18,447 nucleotides of DNA, from contig JAWDMD010000009.1 in the NCBI GenBank assembly GCA_046536775.1, forward strand, positions 1-18,447, written 5' to 3'. The position numbers and the translations under genes were made by a program. The notes beneath the pieces are model-generated. The model saw nothing but the letters and a program-made list of their open reading frames with translations. It was not told the DNA's origin and searched no databases. This stretch comes from Candidatus Nanopusillus sp. (GTDB lineage: Archaea; Nanobdellota; Nanobdellia; Nanobdellales; Nanobdellaceae). The stretch's first letter is position 1. Every line of letters begins with the position of its first letter. Shown piece by piece: positions 1 to 7,692 of the stretch.

Positions 1-2070
1 CCGGGACAGTGACGGGCTAGTTACGTCGTTCGCAGAGCCAGCATTTAACTGGCAAGGCATTACGCTACCTTAAGAGGGTCAGAGTTACCCCCGCCGTTTA
101 CCGGTCCTTACCCCCCTTGAATGGGGGATTCAGATACCGGTGCTGAGCAGACGTCACCCCCAGTACAAACCCTTTCGGGCTTGCTGGGAGCTATGTTTTT
201 GTTAAACAGTCCACCCGTCCTTGCCACTGCGACCTGCGGTCTGCACCGCAGGCATCCCTTCTCCCGAAGTTACGGGACCAATTTGCCAAGTTCCCTAGAC
301 CGGCTTGACCCCCACGGCCTTAGGCTTTTCACCCAGGGGACCTATTCTGGAATTCGGTACGATCGCCCCGAATCGCACCCCTTCCCTTTTCATTGCTAGA
401 AGGCCTCAGCATAACCCTTTCGGGCCCATCAGGGTTTAGACCGGTTCTCGCCATGACGGCACTCCCCGGTCCTATCCCCCTTGGCACAGTAGATGGGTTT
501 TACCCCACCCCCGTGTACACTTAGCCTTCCAGGTCGGGAAGAGGCGTTGCGTTACCGCATCTATCGGAGCGGTAGGGGAATATTAACCCCTTTCCCTTTC
601 TCCAGACTCCACTCGGAGCCTAGATTAGGATCGACTAACCCCAGGCTGATTTTCATTGCCTGGGAAACCTTTCCCCCTTCGGCCAACGGGATTCTCACCC
701 GTCTGATTCTTACTACCGCGGGGATTCTCATTCCCGACAGCTCCAAGCTCCCTTTCGGGAACCCTTCTAGGCCATCGGGACGCCCACCTACCTCACGCTG
801 TTATTAAACAGCGGACCGAGGTCTCGGCGGCTGGCTTAGACCCGTCCGTTTGCGGAGCCTATCCCCTCGTCAGGTGAGTTGTTACACACTCCTTGGATGA
901 TAGCCACTATTAGGCCCACATCCCCGATGTCTTAGGGAACAGACTCCTTCAACATCGTTCAGCCAGCACTTTGGGGCCTTAACCTCGGTCTCGGTTGTTC
1001 CCGTCTTGGAATTGCGGATTTCCCGCAACCCCCGCTTCCCGGGCTACGGACCCTATGGCTTCGGAGTTGGACTCTGTACGGAAACCCGTACAGAATCCGT
1101 CTCTCTACACCATAGGGATCCTAACCCGAGACCTGGCTAGGGTCAGTTTCGGTGGGGACCGGCTATGACCGGGCCCGAGTGGCTTTTCACCTCTACTCCA
1201 AGGTCATGAGAGAAATAAGCCCCACCTCTCCGGGCCTCCACGGGAAACCCCGCTTCGCCCTGCCCCGGAGTAGATCGCCCGGTTTCCGGTCATACCCGAG
1301 TGACTAAACCGCCCTTATGGGACGGCGCCCCTCACCTGGAAACCAGGTTACGGGCTTTCGGTTTCCCTATGGCTTCGGTATAAACCTTAACCTCGCCACT
1401 CGGATATACTCCCCCGCAAGTTCTTCAAAACTCATGGTAGAACTAGCTAACACCCTATCTAGTACTCATCTGTCACCAGATTTTCCCAGATAAGGTGCTT
1501 AACTAGCCCTACCAGACAATCCCCGCCCGGTTTCGGACTCTTTTCACCCCCTACCAAGGGTTCTTTTCACCTTTCGATCGCTCTACTGATGCACTATCGG
1601 ACTCGGAAAGTATTTAGCCTTGGGGGCTAGTATCCCCCAAATTCCCAACGGAAATCCAACCGCTGGTACTCTGGAAACGGGAAATCCCATTATTATACTC
1701 CCATACGGGGCTGTCACCCTCTACGGCCCTGGACTTTCACCAGAGTTCTAAGAATATAATAACGGGAAGCTCCCGTTCCTTTACCCCACATCTCCTCTAA
1801 ATTACTCTAGAGGATTCAGTTTAGGCTCCTTCCCTTTCGGTCGCCCCTACTCAGGAAATCACAATTTGTTTTCTATTCCTGCGGGTACTAAGATGCTTCC
1901 CTTCCCCGCGTTCCCCTCCCTTACGGGATGCCTTTCGGCAGGATATCCCATTCGGGTATCCGAAGATCAACGGTTGCATGCACCTCCCTTCAGCTTTTCA
2001 CAGCTTGCCGCGCCCTTCTTCGGCTTCCGAGCCAAGGCATCCACCGAGCGGGTTCTTGAGACTATATATT
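1..2070 (-). rRNA. rrl: 23S (LSU) rRNA, 5' two-thirds; the gene runs off the left edge of the window
   Basis: The reverse complement of 1981-2045 reads GGUGGAUGCCUUGGCUCGGAAGCCGAAGAAGGGCGCGGCAAGCUGUGAAAAGCUGAAGGGAGGUG, the conserved LSU 5' domain. The reverse complement of 41-70 reads AGGUAGCGUAAUGCCUUGCCAGUUAAAUGC, which matches the domain IV region near E. coli ~1920. The segment is strongly GC-rich next to AT-rich flanks. The 5' end (~2065-2075) is estimated from spacing to GGUGGAUGCC. Confidence 0.95.
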
Positions 2071-2105
2071 CCCTTTCATTCCCCTCATCTTTATCATCCG
2101 GATCA

Positions 2106-2128
2106 CTTCTCTATCTTAGATAGAGAAG
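2106..2128. repeat. Perfect 10-bp inverted repeat with a 3-nt spacer (CTTCTCTATC-TTA-GATAGAGAAG) in the 23S/proS divergent spacer
   Basis: Read directly: 2106-2115 is the exact reverse complement of 2119-2128. A GATCAC hexamer occurs at 2101-2106 and again at 2128-2133. Confidence 0.8.
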
Positions 2129-2155
2129 ATCACATACATAATATTAAATAATATA

Positions 2156-3871
2156 ATGTTTAAAAATGTATCACTAGATCTTTTTACTATGAGAGAAAGC
2201 AATTTAGATAAGAATTCTAATTTTTCTGAATGGTATAACAACATAGTAAGAATTTCTAAGATTGTTGATGATAGATATTCTGTAAAAGGAATGCCTGTTT
2301 ATTATTCAAACGGATATTTCGCAATTAGAAAGATATTAAATATATTAGAAGGTGAATTAGAAAAAGAAGGTTTTGAACCATATTGGTTTCCAGTACTAAT
2401 TCCATATGATGTATTTAAAAAGGAAAGCGAACATATAAGGGGTTTTGAATCCGAGGTATTTTATGTTACTCCATCAAAACCTATAGAAGAAGAAAAAGAA
2501 ATAAAATATGTATTAAGACCAACATCAGAAACAGAAATGTATTATATGTTTTCTTTATGGATAAAATCTTACAGAGACTTACCTATGTTAACTTATATGA
2601 CAAATACAGTATATAGATATGAAACAAAAGCAACAAAACCATTAATTAGGGGAAGAGAACTTTTATGGAATGAAGCGCATACTGTACACAAGGATTTGGA
2701 TGATTCAGAAAGAATGATAAAAAAATCTATGGAAATATATTCAAAAGTGTTTTGGGATCATTTATCAATACCACATATATGGGTAAAGAGACCAGATTGG
2801 GATAAATTTGCTGGAGCAGATTATACTTTAGCTGCAGATACAATATTACCTGATGGTAGATTTTTACAAATTGGAACCACCCATTTATTGGGAAGAAATT
2901 TCTCTAAAGCATTTAATATTGTTTTTGAAGATGAACATCCATTTATAAAAATAGATAAAAATAAATTTGAGGCATTTAATGAAGATAATTATAGATATGA
3001 AATAGAAATTATTGAAAATAAAATAAAAATAAGATTATATAACAATAAAGAATTAATTAAATCTTATGAAGGAAATATTGAATTTAATGGAGAAATATCT
3101 GAAGATAATAAAGATTTAATAAATAAAATAAATAATATAATTAAAAATGAATTTAATGAAAATAAATTGGTTAATAAAAAATTCGCTTGGCAAACATCTT
3201 TTGGAATGTCTATGAGAACATTAAGTGCAGTAATTTCAATACATGGAGATGATAGGGGTCTAATATTGCCTTTTGAAATATCTAATATTCAGATAATAAT
3301 TATCCCAATATACTACTCAGAAAATGAAAAAAACAAAATATTAGAATATTGTGAGAACGTATATGATTTATTAAAGGAAAAATATAGGGTAAGAATTGAT
3401 AAAGATGAAACAAAAAGTCCTGGATGGAAATTTAATCAATATGAATTAATAGGAGTACCATTTAGAATAGCTATTGGTAAAAAAGAATTGGAAAAAAATA
3501 CAGTTACAATATCTGTGAGGCAATATAACAATAAAGCAAAAGATTATGAGGTCAAATTAGAAAATTTATTAAATGAATTAAATAGATTAATTATTGAATA
3601 TGATAAGGAACTAAAGGAAAGGGCAAGAAAATATTTTGAGAATAAAATATTAAAAATAGATAATATAAAAGATTTAGAAAATAATTTGGATAAAAATGTA
3701 GCATTTAAAGTTCCTTTCTGTATGGAAGAAGAATGTGCAAAGAATATTAAAGAAAAATACTCACTTAATGTAGGGGGAACAGATATTATACCAGAAGATG
3801 CAAAAGATAAAAAATGTATATTTTGTAATAAAAATGCAAAGTATTATGTATATGTAGGAAAAACTTATTAA
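2156..3871 (+). CDS. proS: Prolyl-tRNA synthetase, archaeal/eukaryotic type, with a lineage-specific ~80-aa insertion
   Basis: 571-aa ORF. It carries class II ProRS signatures (FSEWYNNIV..RYSVKG, LRPTSETEMY, RGRELLWNEAHT, LQIGTTHLLGRNFSKAF, WQTSFGMSMR), a C-terminal Cys-rich domain (CMEEEC...CIFC) and the terminal Tyr typical of archaeal-type ProRS. The start could instead be the ATG at 2189 (M12). Confidence 0.93.
   Translation: MFKNVSLDLFTMRESNLDKNSNFSEWYNNIVRISKIVDDRYSVKGMPVYYSNGYFAIRKILNILEGELEKEGFEPYWFPVLIPYDVFKKESEHIRGFESEVFYVTPSKPIEEEKEIKYVLRPTSETEMYYMFSLWIKSYRDLPMLTYMTNTVYRYETKATKPLIRGRELLWNEAHTVHKDLDDSERMIKKSMEIYSKVFWDHLSIPHIWVKRPDWDKFAGADYTLAADTILPDGRFLQIGTTHLLGRNFSKAFNIVFEDEHPFIKIDKNKFEAFNEDNYRYEIEIIENKIKIRLYNNKELIKSYEGNIEFNGEISEDNKDLINKINNIIKNEFNENKLVNKKFAWQTSFGMSMRTLSAVISIHGDDRGLILPFEISNIQIIIIPIYYSENEKNKILEYCENVYDLLKEKYRVRIDKDETKSPGWKFNQYELIGVPFRIAIGKKELEKNTVTISVRQYNNKAKDYEVKLENLLNELNRLIIEYDKELKERARKYFENKILKIDNIKDLENNLDKNVAFKVPFCMEEECAKNIKEKYSLNVGGTDIIPEDAKDKKCIFCNKNAKYYVYVGKTY
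3859..3863 (-). terminator. Possible oligo-U terminator for the minus-strand structured RNA
   Basis: A T5 run on the minus strand lies 10-14 nt downstream of the RNA's closing helix. It sits inside the last codons of proS on the other strand. The AT-rich background makes this weak evidence. Confidence 0.3.
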
Positions 3872-3872
3872 T

Positions 3873-4102
3873 GTGGCCGTAGGCTGCTTTTAGTATATAT
3901 TCTTCTAAGCGGACAGGCCTTTTACCACCAGGTCATATTTCTCAAGGTGCATATATCCTCTCCAAGTTTACCCAGAGTTACCTCCAGGTATTAACTCTTC
4001 ATCTTCATCGAACATATGTCCGTGATTTCTTATTATGTAGCCAAGGGTTTCCCCTTCCGATTCCTCGGTGGTTTATCGGTAAGCAGACCTTCCTACGGCC
4101 AC
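3873..4102 (-). ncRNA. Unclassified structured RNA (~230 nt) with some RNase P RNA-like core motifs; identity unresolved
   Basis: A GC-enriched island with no ORF. An 11-bp terminal helix pairs GUGGCCGUAGG (4102-4092) with CCUACGGCCAC (3883-3873). A second helix pairs CUGCUU with AAGCAG. On the minus strand two hairpins close with GNRA tetraloops (AAGGG-GAAA-CCCUU at 4043-4055; CCUGGAG-GUAA-CUCUGGG at 3971-3988); on the plus strand these loops would be UUUC/UUAC. A TTTATATA box is centred ~26 nt upstream of the first G, and an oligo-U run lies downstream. Confidence 0.7.
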
Positions 4103-4104
4103 TC

Positions 4105-4112
4105 TTTTATAT
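4105..4112 (+). promoter_or_regulatory. TATA-like box (TTTTATAT) for the plus-strand cluster starting at 4135
   Basis: The box is centred ~26 nt upstream of the ATG at 4135, which implies a leaderless mRNA. It is arranged divergently to the RNA promoter. Confidence 0.45.
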
Positions 4113-4124
4113 GTTTCTTCTAAC

Positions 4125-4132
4125 TATATAAA
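4125..4132 (-). promoter_or_regulatory. TATA box (TTTATATA on the minus strand) for the structured RNA
   Basis: This is a consensus archaeal TATA octamer. Its centre is ~26-27 nt upstream of position 4102, the first base of the terminal helix. Confidence 0.6.
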
Positions 4133-4134
4133 TT

Positions 4135-4293
4135 ATGCCCGATCAAATGCCCCTATTTACATACATGGGATTATATAAGTTTGGAAAGGAAAAGTCAAAG
4201 ATAAAATTAAACAGAAATAAAATAATAATATTTATAATTATTTTCGCGGCTTTAGTATATATTGCAAATATTTATATATCATGTCTAATTTAG
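4135..4293 (+). CDS. Putative 52-aa micro-protein with a C-terminal transmembrane segment
   Basis: My own translation: MPDQMPLFTYMGLYKFGKEKSKIKLNRNKIIIFIIIFAALVYIANIYISCLI*. It is below the ORF-track size cut-off. It has a TATA box at leaderless distance and overlaps the next ORF's start by 13 nt. Confidence 0.35.
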   Translation: MPDQMPLFTYMGLYKFGKEKSKIKLNRNKIIIFIIIFAALVYIANIYISCLI

Positions 4294-4733
4294 AAGAAGA
4301 TTTAGAATATAATAGAAGATATAAAGAAGTTTTACATATATTTAATGTTTCATTGAAAAATAATAAAGGATTAGAAACTGTTAAAAGCTTTATAAAATCA
4401 GTTATTGAATATTATGATTATACAATTGAATTATATTTTAAGAAACTATACGAAAATAAAATTATTGATGAAATTCCAGATAGTCCAATTAAGAGATATA
4501 AAAAGATGATTGAAATTACAAAAGATAAAGAACTTGAAGAATCATTAAAGTATTATAAACTATTAAAACTTGCTTTAAATTCCGATTCAGGAATAATGAA
4601 TGAATATAGAAAAAGTATGGTTATAAAATTTAAGACAGTGGGTGGAGAAGAATTTGAAATAAATATAAAAACTCTAAAAGACATTGCAGAATCTGTTAAA
4701 AAATTTTCTACAATTATTAGTAAATATATATAA
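4281..4733 (+). CDS. Hypothetical 150-aa, predicted all-helical protein, translationally coupled to the MinD-like ATPase
   Basis: The ORF's stop overlaps the next start (TAATG at 4731-4735). I recognise no family. Confidence 0.6.
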   Translation: MSNLEEDLEYNRRYKEVLHIFNVSLKNNKGLETVKSFIKSVIEYYDYTIELYFKKLYENKIIDEIPDSPIKRYKKMIEITKDKELEESLKYYKLLKLALNSDSGIMNEYRKSMVIKFKTVGGEEFEINIKTLKDIAESVKKFSTIISKYI

Positions 4734-5488
4734 TGGCAAAGGTATATACAATATCTTCTGGAAAAGGTGGAGTGGGAAAAACATTTTTTTCTATAAACTT
4801 ATCAAGGGTCCTCTCATTATTAAATTTTAAGACATTATTAATTGATTTTAACCTAAGTACACCAAATGTATCGATAAATCTTGGCTTAGATAATGAAAAT
4901 AACAATATACATAAATTTTTAAGGGATGAAATTGATATAAACAATTGTATAAAAGAATATAAAGAAAATTTTTATATAATTCCTGGAAGTTTAGATATAA
5001 AGGACTTAATATATATTTCTACAGAAAAATTACATAATGGAATAATGAAGATATATGATGATTTTGATTATATCATTATAGATTCTGCTGCCGGGATTGG
5101 TAAAGAAGCTATAGAGGCATTGAAAGCTGCTGAAGAAGTTATAATAATAACAAATTATGAAAAATCCGCAATGTTTGATTCTTATAGAGTTTCGAAAGTA
5201 TTAGATAACTTAGATATAAAAACTATGGGAATTGTTTTAAATAAGATAAAGAAGGATATAAATTATATAAACGCTGAAAAATTTTTTAAAAAGAAAATAA
5301 TAGGAATTGTTCATTATGATGAAAATGTACAAATTTCTATGGACAATGGTATACCTTTAATAGATTATAATATAAATTCCATAGCCTCTAAGGATATAAT
5401 AAAAATTGCAGAAAAAATAAGTGGAAAGGAATTAAATATTAGAAATAGTTTTATATATAATATATTAAAAATATTTAAATGGAAATAG
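4733..5488 (+). CDS. minD: MinD/ParA-family P-loop ATPase
   Basis: Deviant Walker A motif SGKGGVGKT at the N-terminus, Walker B-like IIIDSAAG, and an overall length (251 aa) and layout typical of archaeal MinD-like proteins. Confidence 0.85.
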   Translation: MAKVYTISSGKGGVGKTFFSINLSRVLSLLNFKTLLIDFNLSTPNVSINLGLDNENNNIHKFLRDEIDINNCIKEYKENFYIIPGSLDIKDLIYISTEKLHNGIMKIYDDFDYIIIDSAAGIGKEAIEALKAAEEVIIITNYEKSAMFDSYRVSKVLDNLDIKTMGIVLNKIKKDINYINAEKFFKKKIIGIVHYDENVQISMDNGIPLIDYNINSIASKDIIKIAEKISGKELNIRNSFIYNILKIFKWK

Positions 5489-5751
5489 ATTTTGAATTAG
5501 ATAAAATATTTGAAACATTGGATAGAAAAAAATATAAGAAAATATTATTACAATTTCCTGATGGATTAAAACCATATTCAAAAGAAATATATGATAAAAT
5601 AAAGGAAAAATATAAAGATATTGAAATATATATTTGGTTTGGATCTGATTTTGGCGGATGTGATATACCAATATATTTAGATAAATATGGATTTGATTTG
5701 ATAATCCATTTTGGTCATTCAAAATTTTATAAATTAAAGTTAGATGAATAA
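5479..5751 (+). CDS. dph2: Diphthamide synthesis protein Dph2, N-terminal ~90 aa only (half of a split gene, or a truncated remnant)
   Basis: KKILLQFPDGLKPY...FGGCDI...DLIIHFGHS matches the N-terminal domain of archaeal Dph2 (compare P. horikoshii RVLIQSPEGLR...YGACD...ALIHLGHS), including the first Fe-S cysteine. Full-length Dph2 is ~330-340 aa. This ORF stops after 90 aa and an unrelated gene follows. Confidence 0.75.
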   Translation: MEIDFELDKIFETLDRKKYKKILLQFPDGLKPYSKEIYDKIKEKYKDIEIYIWFGSDFGGCDIPIYLDKYGFDLIIHFGHSKFYKLKLDE

Positions 5752-5980
5752 TAACATATTTCTGATTTTATCAATTATTTTTCTATTTATTTCAATAATT
5801 TTATTATTTATTTATTCGTTATCCAATTCTTCTAATACAAAATTTGCTGGATTAATATTAATAGGTCCAATACCAATATTAATATCAAATTCTTACCAAT
5901 TATCAATTATATTATTAATTATTTTATTGGTTATTATTTTGATTATTTTTATTATCTTCTTCTATAAGATAATCATATAA
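5744..5980 (+). CDS. Small (78 aa) two-TM membrane protein, resembling the archaeal DUF131/TIGR00304 type
   Basis: Two hydrophobic segments flank the motif GLILIGPIPILIS, which I recall as characteristic of small archaeal DUF131 proteins. The start overlaps the dph2-fragment stop by 8 nt. Confidence 0.55.
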   Translation: MNNNIFLILSIIFLFISIILLFIYSLSNSSNTKFAGLILIGPIPILISNSYQLSIILLIILLVIILIIFIIFFYKIII

Positions 5981-6613
5981 CTCTTTTAGATTTTTAAATA
6001 CCATCGTAGCACCAGCAGAAATTAATTCTCTTTTTTTATTTACACCACTAGCAACTCCTATTACATTTATTCCAGCTCTCTTTGCAGCAATAATACCATA
6101 TATAGAGTCCTCTATTGCTAATATTTCATTTGGTAATAAAGAAAATCCTCTTGCTATTTCAATATAACCTTCTGGATCTGGTTTTGTCTGTTTTACATCA
6201 TCAGAAGTTATTACAACGTCAAATAAATTATCTATATGTAGATGTTTTAATATCTGTACTGTTAACTTTCTAGTATTTGATGTAAAAAGTGCCATTTTAT
6301 ATTTTTTATCCTTAAAATAATTTAATATTTGTTTTGCCCCTGGATTAAATTTTATTTTTTCTACATATTCATTTAAAATTACATTTTCAAATTCTTTCTT
6401 TAAATCTTCAATTAATAGATTCAAATTATATTTATTTATTATATTATATATTATTTCTTCTACAGACATTCCAGAATTATCTAGAGAACCATCTAACTTT
6501 ATGTTATATTTTTCTAATATCTTTTTATGAGCTTCATCATAAACTTTCAAGCTATTTATAAGTGTTCCATCCAGGTCTATTATTACTCCTTTTAAATTAT
6601 AAAATACGACCAT
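5924..6613 (-). CDS. HAD-superfamily hydrolase (beta-phosphoglucomutase/phosphatase-like)
   Basis: HAD motif I is IIDLDGTLINS, motif II is LFTSN, and motif III is K...EDSIYGIIAAKRAG. The Asn/Gln-rich C-terminal tail overlaps the convergent gene by 57 nt. Confidence 0.85.
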   Translation of the reverse strand: MVVFYNLKGVIIDLDGTLINSLKVYDEAHKKILEKYNIKLDGSLDNSGMSVEEIIYNIINKYNLNLLIEDLKKEFENVILNEYVEKIKFNPGAKQILNYFKDKKYKMALFTSNTRKLTVQILKHLHIDNLFDVVITSDDVKQTKPDPEGYIEIARGFSLLPNEILAIEDSIYGIIAAKRAGINVIGVASGVNKKRELISAGATMVFKNLKELYDYLIEEDNKNNQNNNQ

Positions 6614-6651
6614 AATTATAATATTTTAAAGAAAGATATAAAATAATTAAT

Positions 6652-7692
6652 ATGATCAAAATAAGAGAACAGATAAGGAATATAATAATTGATAATTATA
6701 TTAAAGAAGGAAAAGATCCTTTTGATTCTATAATTGGACAAGAAAATGCAAAGAGACAAATGTTATCTTCATTAATTTCTGGAAGAAATATATTAATAAT
6801 AGGACCTCCAGGTACTGGGAAAACAACTTTAGCAAAAAATATAGCAAAAATATTACCAGAAATTGATTTTCCAGATGGTATTCCATTATGGGCCTATGAA
6901 GAATTTCCTTTTGTCTCTGAAGAATATAGAAAAAAATGGAAGGAAGGTCCTTTCATAAAAATAAAGGGAGAAGATAGATTTATTAGAATACAAGGTTCTT
7001 ATGATTTATCTGTAGAAGATCTAATTGGAGATATTGATCCTTCAAAAGCATTAAAATATGGGATACATTCTTTGGAATCTTTTATACCTGGAAAAATATT
7101 CAGAGCCCAACATGGTGTATTATTTTTTGATGAGATAAATAGAGCACCTCCAAAGGTTCAAAATAGTTTGTTAGAATTATTAGAAGAAAAGAAAATAACG
7201 ATTGGAACATATGAATTTCAAATACCATTGGATATAATATTTATTGCTACAATGAATCCTGAGAGCTATTATGGAACTGAAAAAATATCTGATGTATTAT
7301 TGGACAGATTTGATATAATAAATTTAGATTATCCAAAAGATATTGATGAGGAAAAGAAAATTATATTAAAATATGGAAAAAGTTCGGATGTTAATTTTTC
7401 TGAAAAATTATTGGAATTAACAATTGAATTTATACAAAAATTGAGAAAAGATGATAGATTGGAAAAGAAACCATCAGTTAGATCTACAATTGGTATTTAT
7501 GAAAAAGCCCAGGCATTGGCTATAATAGATAATAAAGAAAATGTTGAAATTCAACACATATTTGAATCTCTACTATCAATACTACCACACAGGATAAGAT
7601 TAAAACCATCATATAAGATGGAAATAAATGAAGAAGAATATATAAGAAATCAATGGAATTCTTTTATAGTCGGAAAAAACTTTCGGAGTTGA
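6652..7692 (+). CDS. AAA+ ATPase of the ChlI/BchI-MoxR type
   Basis: FDSIIGQENAKRQMLSSL...ILIIGPPGTGKTTLAKNIAKILPEI (Walker A with a ChlI-like N-terminus), Walker B VLFFDEINR, LLELLEEKKITI, and ATMNP. Confidence 0.85.
   Translation: MIKIREQIRNIIIDNYIKEGKDPFDSIIGQENAKRQMLSSLISGRNILIIGPPGTGKTTLAKNIAKILPEIDFPDGIPLWAYEEFPFVSEEYRKKWKEGPFIKIKGEDRFIRIQGSYDLSVEDLIGDIDPSKALKYGIHSLESFIPGKIFRAQHGVLFFDEINRAPPKVQNSLLELLEEKKITIGTYEFQIPLDIIFIATMNPESYYGTEKISDVLLDRFDIINLDYPKDIDEEKKIILKYGKSSDVNFSEKLLELTIEFIQKLRKDDRLEKKPSVRSTIGIYEKAQALAIIDNKENVEIQHIFESLLSILPHRIRLKPSYKMEINEEEYIRNQWNSFIVGKNFRS

Noticed and set aside
121-2123. ORF-track entries 121-399, 493-807, 561-746 (minus) and 1866-2123
   Set aside because: All lie inside the 23S rRNA gene or its leader. 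Their Pro/Gly/Arg-rich translations are the usual artefact of GC-rich rRNA, and no protein family is recognisable.
2933-3178. Intein in ProRS
   Set aside because: The insert is only ~80 aa. It has no N-terminal Cys/Ser and no C-terminal His-Asn plus nucleophile, and no endonuclease motifs.
3873-4102. Identification of the structured RNA as SRP (7S) RNA or 5S rRNA
   Set aside because: The 8-mer AAGCAGCC matches the SRP helix-8 AGCA region of 4.5S RNA, but here it is fully Watson-Crick paired with CUGCUU next to the terminal helix. Neither GNRA hairpin is followed by the AGCA symmetric-loop pattern. The 5S signatures (GAAGUUAAGC and others) are absent, and the length is wrong for 5S. SRP RNA is not fully excluded without a covariance-model search.
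4281-4733. HEPN-like Rx4-6H motif (RYKEVLH) in the 150-aa protein
   Set aside because: The motif sits at residues ~13-19, whereas HEPN catalytic motifs lie near the C-terminal helix of the domain. This is most likely a chance match in a Lys/Arg-rich protein.
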